Source: Clostridiales bacterium
Lineage (GTDB): Bacteria; Bacillota; Clostridia; Lachnospirales; JAITVM01
Direction: 5' to 3'
DNA: 32,112 bases
Assembly: GCA_031285815.1 (NCBI GenBank)
Contig: JAITVM010000075.1
Coordinates: 1 to 32,112 of the forward strand
Positions 24,551-32,112 of this stretch are shown one piece after another (the stretch's first letter is position 1; every line of letters starts with the position of its first letter). The notes under the pieces are model-generated. The model was given only the letters and a program-made list of their open reading frames with translations, searched no databases and was not told the DNA's origin. Position numbers and translations under genes: made by a program.

Positions 24551-24585
24551 GAAAACCACTCATCAAATGGGTGGTTTTCATTGTT
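24551..24585 (+). terminator. Hairpin plus T-rich tail downstream of the MerR gene
   Basis: gaaaaccac-(11 nt)-gtggttttc followed by attgtt. It is embedded in a 12-codon micro-ORF (24549-24587). Confidence 0.45.
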
Positions 24586-24645
24586 GACCCTCTCATTGTG
24601 GGAGGGTTTAAGATATATAATATAAAAACTAATTAGGAGGGTAAC

Positions 24646-25122
24646 ATGCAAAATTTTATTGTAAAGCCAATTGGGGTAGTTAAAAATAATGATAAGGGGG
24701 CGTTTATAGAAATTAATTCCGAATATGCCCCTGCACTTCAGGCATTAGAAGGTTTTAGCCACATTAATGTTATTTGGTGGTTTGATGATTTTGATAACAA
24801 AGAGGCAAGGGGTATTTTAGAAGTGCCACAGCCATACAAAAAATCCCCATTAGTAATGGGGGTATTTGCAACACGTTCGCCAATCCGGCCCAACCCAATT
24901 GCATTAACAGCTTCCCAGGTACTTAATATAGACTATAAAACAGGGGTTATAGAGGTTGCATATATTGATGCAAATGATGGCTCCCCGGTTTTAGATATTA
25001 AACCATATACCCCGAGCGTAGATAGGATAGAAATGCCAGGCGTACCGGATTTTTGTAGCCATTGGCCGAAAAGCCTTGAGACGTCTGAAGGGTTTGATTG
25101 GGAAAATGAATTCAACTTTTAG
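24646..25122 (+). CDS. trmO: TrmO/TsaA (YaeB, UPF0066) family SAM-dependent methyltransferase-like protein
   Basis: The signature runs PIGVVKNN...GFSHINVIWWFD...ATRSPIRPNPIALT...LDIKPY. SD AGGAGGG. Confidence 0.8.
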   Translation: MQNFIVKPIGVVKNNDKGAFIEINSEYAPALQALEGFSHINVIWWFDDFDNKEARGILEVPQPYKKSPLVMGVFATRSPIRPNPIALTASQVLNIDYKTGVIEVAYIDANDGSPVLDIKPYTPSVDRIEMPGVPDFCSHWPKSLETSEGFDWENEFNF

Positions 25123-25178
25123 AAATTATCTTACGGCCCGCGAAAGTAAAATTTGATTTTAGAAGCAATAGAGTTGAT

Positions 25179-25225
25179 AAACAGCATGGCAGTAGTTTAG
25201 GTTGCGCATGCTGTTTTTCTTTTTC
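25179..25225 (+). terminator. Rho-independent terminator
   Basis: aaacagcatg-(18 nt)-catgctgttt followed by ttctttttc. Confidence 0.75.
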
Positions 25226-25271
25226 AAATATGGCTAAAAAGGCAAAGAATTACTAAAATATCAAAAAAAGC

Positions 25272-25301
25272 TTGAATATATTAGGATCTAACAGCTATAA
25301 T
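25272..25301 (+). promoter_or_regulatory. Candidate sigma-A promoter of the 25362 gene
   Basis: TTGAAT, 18-nt spacer, TATAAT. Confidence 0.5.
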
Positions 25302-25361
25302 GTTTATATATATTTCAATAGTTTCAAATAATAGTTAACAGATAGAGCGAGGCTGGTTATA

Positions 25362-25829
25362 ATGGAAAAGTACATAAAAGCAGCTTTTGTTGGTAAGAAT
25401 TATATGAGTAAGCCTTACCACTGGGTTGTTGGCAAGGGAAGTAAGCATTTAGACGGTATAAAGGTAGGGGATTTAATACTCGTTGAAAGTACAAAAATAG
25501 GCACAGATATTGAGGTGCAGGCAAAAGTTAAGGTACTAGAAATTTTTGAAAGTGATGAACCCCCATATAAAGGCAAAATAAAAAGGGTTATTAAAAAAGT
25601 TTTTAATGTTAGAAAAAAAATTGCTAAGTATAAAGGCCAATGGGAGAGTGGAAAGGGTAGCCTGCCTAAAAAAATAATCCATAAAATTAATAGCAACCAG
25701 AAAGAATTAAATTTTAATAATGTACTGAATTTTGTGAGTGAATATTATTTTTATAAAGCGCTGGTAAAAGCAGTTGATATTGAACTGCCTGATAAAGAAA
25801 ATAAAGGCACTGTGATTTTTACGTTTTAA
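25362..25829 (+). CDS. Hypothetical Lys-rich protein (155 aa)
   Basis: Clean ORF with its own promoter. No family recognised. Confidence 0.55.
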   Translation: MEKYIKAAFVGKNYMSKPYHWVVGKGSKHLDGIKVGDLILVESTKIGTDIEVQAKVKVLEIFESDEPPYKGKIKRVIKKVFNVRKKIAKYKGQWESGKGSLPKKIIHKINSNQKELNFNNVLNFVSEYYFYKALVKAVDIELPDKENKGTVIFTF

Positions 25830-25859
25830 AGTTTATGCCTTGGCTAGGGGGTACTTTTT

Positions 25860-26420
25860 TTGGCGGGGGAATTGCTATTTGAATCACGTGGGGATTTTAG
25901 AAATTGGTTAAATATTAATTGCTTGTCCAGTGGCGGGGTTTGGCTGGTATTTGGAAAAAATGGCGGGCCAAAAACCTTAAAAGCTAGCGAGGCCCTTGAA
26001 GAAGCATTATGCTTTGGGTGGATTGATGGGCAAATGAAGGCCATTGGCGGGTTTACTTATCTAAAATACTTCTCCTTAAGGAGAAAAAATAGTAAATGGT
26101 CAGAAAAAAACAAAGCACTAGTGCAAAAGCTTGAATCCCAAGGGTTAATGACCAGCTACGGCTTTGCCAAAATAGATGAGGCAAAGAAAAATGGGCAATG
26201 GGATACCCCAAAGGAAGCCCCTATTTCAGAGGTGCAAATAGAAAGCTTAACAGGTTTGTTAAAGGGCCATGAGCCTGCGTATACAAATTTTTTAGCAATG
26301 CCCTTATCCGTAAAAAAGACATATACCAAAGCGTATTTTAGCGCTAAAACACAAGCCGGGCGCGATAGCCGTTTGAAATGGGCAATCGGCCGTTTAAATA
26401 ATAATTTAAAGCCAATGTGA
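25860..26420 (+). CDS. YdeI/OmpD-associated family protein
   Basis: Opens FESRGDFRNWLNIN...GVWLVFGKNGG...EALEEALCFGWIDGQ, and the C-terminal half contains PLSVKKTYTKAYFSAKTQAGR. TTG start with SD AGGGGG 8 nt upstream. Confidence 0.75.
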   Translation: MAGELLFESRGDFRNWLNINCLSSGGVWLVFGKNGGPKTLKASEALEEALCFGWIDGQMKAIGGFTYLKYFSLRRKNSKWSEKNKALVQKLESQGLMTSYGFAKIDEAKKNGQWDTPKEAPISEVQIESLTGLLKGHEPAYTNFLAMPLSVKKTYTKAYFSAKTQAGRDSRLKWAIGRLNNNLKPM

Positions 26421-26431
26421 CCATAAATATG

Positions 26432-26476
26432 AAAGCGGGTTACCTGATTTTTTTAAGGTACCCGCTTTTATATTTT
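26432..26476. terminator. Bidirectional terminator between convergent genes
   Basis: aaagcgggttacc-(12 nt)-ggtacccgcttt (12 bp with one bulge), followed by a T-rich tail. Confidence 0.75.
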
Positions 26477-26490
26477 TCAGGCTTTGTTTA

Positions 26491-29064
26491 TCAGAAGTCG
26501 CTTACCATAGACCGCAACAATTCGGCCTGGCTTGCCAATTCTTCAGAAGCCGCTGCCGTTTGATGGCTTGAATCGGAATTCTGCTGAGTGATATTAGCGA
26601 TTTGTGTAACGCCGCTCGTTATCTGATGTATGGATTCTGCCTGTTCGGAAGACGCCTGCGCTATCTCATCTATCAACTTGGAAAGGTTGTCAAAGTTTTC
26701 TACGATTTTATTAAGCGATTGGGCCGTGTTCGACGCAATAGCAGAACCGTTATCAACTTTAGCCATAGATTCCAGTATCAACTCATTTGTTTCTTGGGCT
26801 GCAATTTGTGACCGTGAAGCAAGTGTCCGGACCTCTTCGGCTACGACGGCAAAGCCTTTTCCGTGTACGCCTGCCCTCGCCGCTTCAACCGCCGCGTTAA
26901 GTGCCAGCAGGTTTGTTTGGAAGGCTATATCGTCAATCGTTTTGATAATACGCGATATATTATCAGAAGCTGATTTAATGCCATCCATTGCAAATAACAT
27001 CTGTGTCATCTGTTCGTTGCCGGTAACGGCGTCCTTCTTTGCGTTTACAGATAACTCGCTGGCATTTGCGGAATTTTGTGCCGTGATTTTGGTCTTATCA
27101 TTTATCACAGCTATACTTGTATTTAAATCTTCAACGGAATTAGATTGTTTAGCCGCGCCCTCAGCCAGGCTTAGGCTGCCATCTGCAATTTGCCTTGCGC
27201 CAGTTGTAACCTGGCCGCTGACCAGCTTTACGTCTGCCACAAGTTTATTTAGGTTTAATATAACACCCTCAAGGGAGGTTATATCTTGAACCAGTTCTAC
27301 AAACCCGGCGCTGTTGCCATCCCTATCATGAAGCCCTGCAATATCTACTTGGAAATGCATATCGCCTTGGCTGAATTTAGTCTGCTTAAAACCGCGTTTG
27401 TAACAAGCAACCCCACACTCGTCAGTACCGCAGATATCTGCGCCCCAGTTGCTGCAGTGTTTTCCTACAACATCAGCCCTCTTTAGGTTTAGCGCATTTT
27501 CTGTTGCTTTATTTATAAATGTCCAATTCATATTTATATCCGTAACAGACATAGGCAGTGGTATTGCATCAAGTATTGATTCGTACCAATAGGCCTGTTC
27601 AGCTATGGAATCTGTCAGGGCGTTTAATTCATTTAATAAGTTTGCCCAGCCGCCTTTATATTTGCCGGAATCGGCGCGGGTATCTAGTTCGCCACGTATC
27701 GCAGCCTCTGATAGCCAGGCTACCTCGCTATTTATATCCTTGAGGTTTTTCCTCAGTTCTTCTACGGCTGTGTTCATTACTGCCTTCTTGCCCTGAAGCT
27801 GCGGAAACGGCGTATTAAAATCGCCGGCACCAAAACCTTGCATAACGGCAATAAAATCAAATACGCTACTGTTGTTTTGACGTATCAGCTCGTTAATGCT
27901 GGCAGTGATATTTTTATAGCCGCCGTTGTAGCTGCTTTCATCTATTTGATAATCCAAGTCGCCTTCGACATTTATCTTACGCGACATAAGGCCAATGTCT
28001 TCCGCAAGGTGCCTAAAAACATCCAGGACCCGTGCCATGCTCTGAGATAACTGGCCGACCTCGTCACTGGAGTCTATTGCAACTTTAATATCTAAATCGC
28101 CGGCGGTAACCAAGGCTAGTTTTGTGTTAAGCTCTTCCATTGGTTTGGTTATACGTCTAATTATCAACATTACAACCACAGTCATAACTACGATTGCAGC
28201 TGCGGAAACAACTACAGAGCTAACAGCTAGTTTGTCAAGGTTTTCGTAGAATTCAGAATGTGGTACAACAGCGTAGATTTCTTTACCGTTGTCATTGCGT
28301 GTGTTGGCGTAGTATTCAGAGCCATTCAACATGACCCATATACCGCCGCCGGCCTGCCGGGAATTACCGGGAGCAAATTCTGTACCTATTTGTGAAGCAT
28401 CAGCAGAAGCTGTAACTATGCCATTTTCTACTATGAAACAGTAGCCCGAATTGCCAACCTTAGTTTCAGCAATCGTCTTCTGTATACTCATAGCCGCTTT
28501 CATAGCATCTATTATTCCAGCTTCTATCCCAACTTGCACAAGGCCGGGTGCGTCTGTCCGTGCAACACCGGTATATTGGAACATCAGGCCCGAGGCTGCA
28601 TTTGCCTGTGGTTCTTGTGCCAGCTCATATGATGGGTCGTCTAGGATTTGTAAAAACGGCATAGTCTGTTCCCCGCCATTAAAATCAAAGCCATAATAAC
28701 CCGGTATATTGCCCCATAGAAGCACGCCGTTCTCATCTACTACATGGACTTCCGTAACATTTAAAAGCCCGGCGAGCCTTATCATTTCTTCCTGTTCAAG
28801 CGCATCTGGGTTAAGGCGCACAATTTCGGCAAGCGCCCTAGAGAGCGAGAGGTTTTTTGCGTCAAGCTCGCCCATAACGAGGTTTATTATTTCGGTGGAT
28901 AGCTGTTCGGCTGTGATTACATTACTGATTGCCGCCCCCATCTCGGCGTCAATCATTTCATTAACGGTGTTTCTGGTGATTACATAGTTTATTGTAGAAA
29001 TAGCTGTGACGACAGCTGCAAGTATTATGATAACTGGCAGCAAGATTTTATTTCGCAACTTCAA
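26491..29064 (-). CDS. Methyl-accepting chemotaxis protein (dCache-like periplasmic domain, HAMP, HAMP-like repeats, Cys-rich PAS, MA signalling domain)
   Basis: TM1 aa 7-29; outer domain of about 250 aa; TM2 aa 281-302; HAMP ([10 protein letters not shown]...). PAS-like aa 493-600 with C537/C545/C550/C554. The C-terminal part has [23 protein letters not shown] start with SD AAGGGGG. Confidence 0.92.
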   Translation of the reverse strand: MKLRNKILLPVIIILAAVVTAISTINYVITRNTVNEMIDAEMGAAISNVITAEQLSTEIINLVMGELDAKNLSLSRALAEIVRLNPDALEQEEMIRLAGLLNVTEVHVVDENGVLLWGNIPGYYGFDFNGGEQTMPFLQILDDPSYELAQEPQANAASGLMFQYTGVARTDAPGLVQVGIEAGIIDAMKAAMSIQKTIAETKVGNSGYCFIVENGIVTASADASQIGTEFAPGNSRQAGGGIWVMLNGSEYYANTRNDNGKEIYAVVPHSEFYENLDKLAVSSVVVSAAAIVVMTVVVMLIIRRITKPMEELNTKLALVTAGDLDIKVAIDSSDEVGQLSQSMARVLDVFRHLAEDIGLMSRKINVEGDLDYQIDESSYNGGYKNITASINELIRQNNSSVFDFIAVMQGFGAGDFNTPFPQLQGKKAVMNTAVEELRKNLKDINSEVAWLSEAAIRGELDTRADSGKYKGGWANLLNELNALTDSIAEQAYWYESILDAIPLPMSVTDINMNWTFINKATENALNLKRADVVGKHCSNWGADICGTDECGVACYKRGFKQTKFSQGDMHFQVDIAGLHDRDGNSAGFVELVQDITSLEGVILNLNKLVADVKLVSGQVTTGARQIADGSLSLAEGAAKQSNSVEDLNTSIAVINDKTKITAQNSANASELSVNAKKDAVTGNEQMTQMLFAMDGIKSASDNISRIIKTIDDIAFQTNLLALNAAVEAARAGVHGKGFAVVAEEVRTLASRSQIAAQETNELILESMAKVDNGSAIASNTAQSLNKIVENFDNLSKLIDEIAQASSEQAESIHQITSGVTQIANITQQNSDSSHQTAAASEELASQAELLRSMVSDF

Positions 29065-29367
29065 AATTAGGTGCCCCCTTATTATGTTGTTAATATATTC
29101 TTGCCTGTTTATTAAATTTGAAAACAGGTTGTCAAGAATTGTTTGAATATGCCCTGTAAGCAGGCGTAATCTTGATATTATGATAATACATCGGCAATAT
29201 TTATTTCTTTATAAAGGCATCCAGCACGGCTTGCTTTAGTAAGTATTGCATGCGTTTGAATGGGTTTATTGAAACAGGCAGATATGGGGCACAACTATAA
29301 TGCTGAATTAGTTAACAAAATTAATGAGATGCAATCTATATTGCATTGCAATCAAATATTTGAGCAA

Positions 29368-29405
29368 GCCGAAAAGCCCCACTCTAAAGAGCGGGGCTTT
29401 TCGGC
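29368..29405 (-). terminator. 13-bp perfect hairpin downstream of cstA
   Basis: gccgaaaagcccc-(12 nt)-ggggcttttcggc, about 60 nt after the cstA stop. The T-tail on the minus strand is only moderate. Confidence 0.55.
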
Positions 29406-29465
29406 AAGAAAATTATACCATTATCATTTTTTAAAACAAACGTGGGCTTTGAAACCGGGCGGTGC

Positions 29466-30884
29466 CTATTTTGTTAATGCGGGCTTGTTCTTTGCCACGA
29501 TTTTCGTTTGGAACAAAACCGCAACTAATACCGCAACTATAACCCCGGCAATAAGCCCGAAGTTATAAGGGAGCTTCAAGCCTTCCGGTGCTATAACGAT
29601 ATACGCTGTTACCATCAATGTCATAAAGATAGCAGGGATAAATGTAATCAAATATTGTTTCCCGTGCTTAACTAGATAACTGGAGATAGCCCAAAGTGCA
29701 ATAGTCGCCAGTGTCTGGTTTGACCACGCAAAATATTGCCATATGATGTTAAAGTCTACAAAACAGAGGACGACCCCTATTGCGAACAATGGCAGTGCCA
29801 AATAAAAACGGTTGGCGATAGGCTTTTGGTCAAGTTTAATCGCGTCGGCGATAGTAAGCCTTGCGCTTCTAAAAGCAGTGTCCCCAGAAGTTATTGGGCA
29901 AGCTACGACCCCTAGGACAGCGAGTATGCCGCCGGCGGCACCGAGCAAATCCCTTGAAATAGTGTTTACAATAACGGGGGCTGAACCTGCGTCAGCTATG
30001 CCTTGCGGGGAACCGAAGTGCGCCATTGTGGCAGTTGCCCATATAAGCGCGACGATCCCTTCAAGTATCATTGCGCCATAAAATACACGGCGCCCTTCCC
30101 TTTCACTTTGTACACAGCGCGCAATCATAGGTGACTGGGTTGCATGGAAGCCTGAAATTGCCCCGCATGCGATTGTTGTGAATAGGAACGGGAATATCAT
30201 TTTGCCGCTTGGGTGGACGTTTGCAAGCGAAAAGGACGGAAGCGCAAAAATTTCGCCGTTAACGAAAAGCATAATAGTTATCCCTACAGCCATAAACAAA
30301 AGGCATGCCCCAAAAAGCGGGTAAATTTTGCCGATAATAGCATCTATAGGCATAACAGTCGCCAGGATATAATAGATGATTATAATAGCCAGCACAACGA
30401 TATAAATTGTTTGGTTCCCTTCTTGGATTAGGTTTTGAATGATTTGTGCGGGGCTTGTTATGAATACAACGCCGACTAATAGGAGCAGAACGATGGAAAA
30501 CACCCGCATTATGTATAGAGGGGTTTTCCCCAAATATTTGCCGACTATTTCTGATATGGAGGCTCCGTCGTTGCGCAAGGATATCATGCCGGAAAAATAA
30601 TCGTGGACCGCGCCTGCGAATATACATCCGAACACTATCCATAGGTAGGACCAGTAGCCCCACTGTGACCCTGCTATTGCGCCAAAGATTGGGCCGGTAC
30701 CGGCGATATTAAGGAATTGGATCAGCGTTGCCCTTTTCCAACCCATGGGGACAAAATCAACGCCGTCGTTAATGCGGTTTGCGGGTGTCTGTTTGTCCTC
30801 TACGCCAAAAATTTTTTCAACAAATGCGCCGTAAACAATATAGCCTACAATAAGTGCTGCGATACTTAACAAGAAATAAATCAT
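29466..30884 (-). CDS. cstA: CstA-family carbon starvation protein (peptide/pyruvate transporter)
   Basis: 472 aa and polytopic. N-terminal signature GVDFVPMGWKRATLIQFLNIAGTGPIFGAIAG. Confidence 0.9.
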   Translation of the reverse strand: MIYFLLSIAALIVGYIVYGAFVEKIFGVEDKQTPANRINDGVDFVPMGWKRATLIQFLNIAGTGPIFGAIAGSQWGYWSYLWIVFGCIFAGAVHDYFSGMISLRNDGASISEIVGKYLGKTPLYIMRVFSIVLLLLVGVVFITSPAQIIQNLIQEGNQTIYIVVLAIIIIYYILATVMPIDAIIGKIYPLFGACLLFMAVGITIMLFVNGEIFALPSFSLANVHPSGKMIFPFLFTTIACGAISGFHATQSPMIARCVQSEREGRRVFYGAMILEGIVALIWATATMAHFGSPQGIADAGSAPVIVNTISRDLLGAAGGILAVLGVVACPITSGDTAFRSARLTIADAIKLDQKPIANRFYLALPLFAIGVVLCFVDFNIIWQYFAWSNQTLATIALWAISSYLVKHGKQYLITFIPAIFMTLMVTAYIVIAPEGLKLPYNFGLIAGVIVAVLVAVLFQTKIVAKNKPALTK

Positions 30885-31185
30885 AATTTTTCCTCCTTTA
30901 ATTTGATGGAACTATAATACCCATTATATTCACTAGATCAAAATAAACTAAAAATTCCGAGGCGCATTTTATTATAATAAATAACATTTAATGCCAACTT
31001 TCGCGCTAGTTAAGTATAACAGTATTAGCAAAATAATACAATATATTATTCAACATGTTGCTTATTTCTAAATCCAAGTTAAACTGCCGGATAATATTCG
31101 TTATTATTTTGTTGGCTGCCCCCTTCCCCCTAAAAATATTTTTATTTTGTATTTTTTTGGGCATTTTATCAACGGCTAAGGAGTT

Positions 31186-31225
31186 TCAAAAAAATAAAAG
31201 GGCTCATAATAATGTGGGCCCTTTT
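31186..31225 (-). terminator. Rho-independent terminator of the HTH gene
   Basis: On the minus strand: aaaagggc-(14 nt)-gccctttt followed by tattttttt. Confidence 0.7.
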
Positions 31226-31246
31226 ACATAACAAATTAAAATACAA

Positions 31247-31729
31247 TTACGGGTTTTGAAAATTTTTATTTCTTCTAAATAATTTTGAAAAAAACGGCAC
31301 TTTTTCAACAGAAGGCATAATCTCATTAGAAACAGTGGCCACATTTTCTTCTTTATTCTTATCGATTAACAGCATGGTCTGATGCTGCTTCTCTAACCCA
31401 AATACATTTATAAGGCTTTGAATAGTTTTTTCCTTCTCTTCTAATTGTTTGTCCTTTATTTCAAGCTGTTGCTTTAGAAGGATTAGCAATTCTACATCCG
31501 GGCCCTTATACTCCTCCTCATCTATAGCCTTTTTAACCTCGTCTTCAATATTTTTAAATGACTCTTCACTTTCTAAATTATAATAGTCAATAATAAAAAT
31601 TTTGCTCTCATCAGTTAAAAAAGTAGTGCCCTCTTTTTTTATAGTTGTTAAGTTGTTTTTTTTGACTAGGTTGTAAATAGATGTTTTACTCTTTCCCAAT
31701 TCATCGGATAGGTCTTTAATAGTGATCAT
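31247..31729 (-). CDS. Small HTH DNA-binding protein with coiled-coil C-terminal half (mobile-element-like)
   Basis: The HTH reads MITIKDLSDELGKSKTSIYNLVKKNNL. A charged coiled coil (LLILLKQQLEIKDKQLEEKEKTIQSL) follows. Start set at the ATG at 31729 (AAGGA 9 nt upstream) rather than the ORF-track TTG at 31738. Confidence 0.7.
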   Translation of the reverse strand: MITIKDLSDELGKSKTSIYNLVKKNNLTTIKKEGTTFLTDESKIFIIDYYNLESEESFKNIEDEVKKAIDEEEYKGPDVELLILLKQQLEIKDKQLEEKEKTIQSLINVFGLEKQHQTMLLIDKNKEENVATVSNEIMPSVEKVPFFSKLFRRNKNFQNP

Positions 31730-31886
31730 TTTTTTCAATCCTTTTAAATATTTTTAAATACCATTAATTTATTTTAATCTATTTACCACCATATTTTCAA
31801 TTGTTTTTATTATATTTTAACAATATTTATGCAATGCTTAAATTAGGTTTATTTTGCTTTTATAAATTGTACCCACAGTTTTGAAA

Positions 31887-32070
31887 GTTTGATTTGAATT
31901 AAACCTATAATAACTAAGTTTGAACTGAATTCAACATTATTAAATAATATTAAATTTATTTGATCTAAGATTAAACTATATTCAACTGCCCTGCCCCACT
32001 AAATATATAGAAGTTAATTGATTTTCATGCGTTTTATATTATAAATTAAAAGAAGTTGATTTCAATTAAA
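31887..32070. repeat. Iteron-like direct repeats (4 copies of about 18 bp)
   Basis: gtttgatttgaattaaac (31887), gtttgaactgaattcaac (31918), tttgatctaagattaaac (31959), gttgatttcaattaaa (32055). Loose consensus TTGAnnTnAATTnAAC. Confidence 0.55.
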
Positions 32071-32112
32071 ATATATAGCCTGTTAATAATAAGATGTTTT
32101 GCTGGATGAGAC

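Noticed and set aside
26630-27289. 219-aa plus-strand ORF antisense to the MCP gene
   Set aside because: Shadow ORF of the Ala/Ser-rich MCP signalling domain. It has no start context or recognisable motifs.
29260-29568. 102-aa plus-strand ORF between the MCP and cstA
   Set aside because: It runs through the 13-bp terminator hairpin and into the antisense of the cstA 3' end. It has no SD.

Overview
Low-GC Firmicutes (Clostridia-like) chromosomal window, with no rRNA, tRNA or CRISPR array seen. The centre (10067-22971, minus strand) holds a complete glycyl-radical-enzyme (GRE) bacterial microcompartment (BMC) locus. It comprises one 15-gene operon: GRE, activase, PduU-like shell, class II aldolase, DUF336, acylating aldehyde dehydrogenase, Zn-alcohol dehydrogenase, four BMC-H, PduL, BMC-P, PduS-like and PduT-like. 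A DeoR regulator lies downstream. A perfect consensus promoter upstream is bracketed by an 18-bp inverted repeat. Gene content matches the fucose/rhamnose (GRM5-type) B12-independent 1,2-propanediol microcompartment class, but several details deserve a second look: a short activase, encapsulation peptides on five enzymes, possible long and short isoforms of one shell protein, and flanking flavodoxin genes. The left flank carries a duplicated 138-bp repeat with internal 35-bp repeats and a secreted hypothetical protein. It also has an OmpR/HK two-component system followed by a small secreted Gly/Cys-rich protein, and an alpha/beta hydrolase. Next comes a very AT-rich islet with two tandem paralogous membrane-protein genes, one broken at a T8 tract. 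The flank ends with a BlaI/BlaR1-like pair whose sensor domain is not PBP-like, and an EFR1-type flavodoxin-ferredoxin. The right flank carries flavodoxin, MerR/GyrI-like, TrmO-like, one hypothetical gene, YdeI-like, a large MCP with a 4-Cys PAS domain, and CstA. It ends in an AT-rich segment with an HTH gene and iteron-like repeats. All calls come from reading the ORF translations and the DNA by eye; no database search was run.
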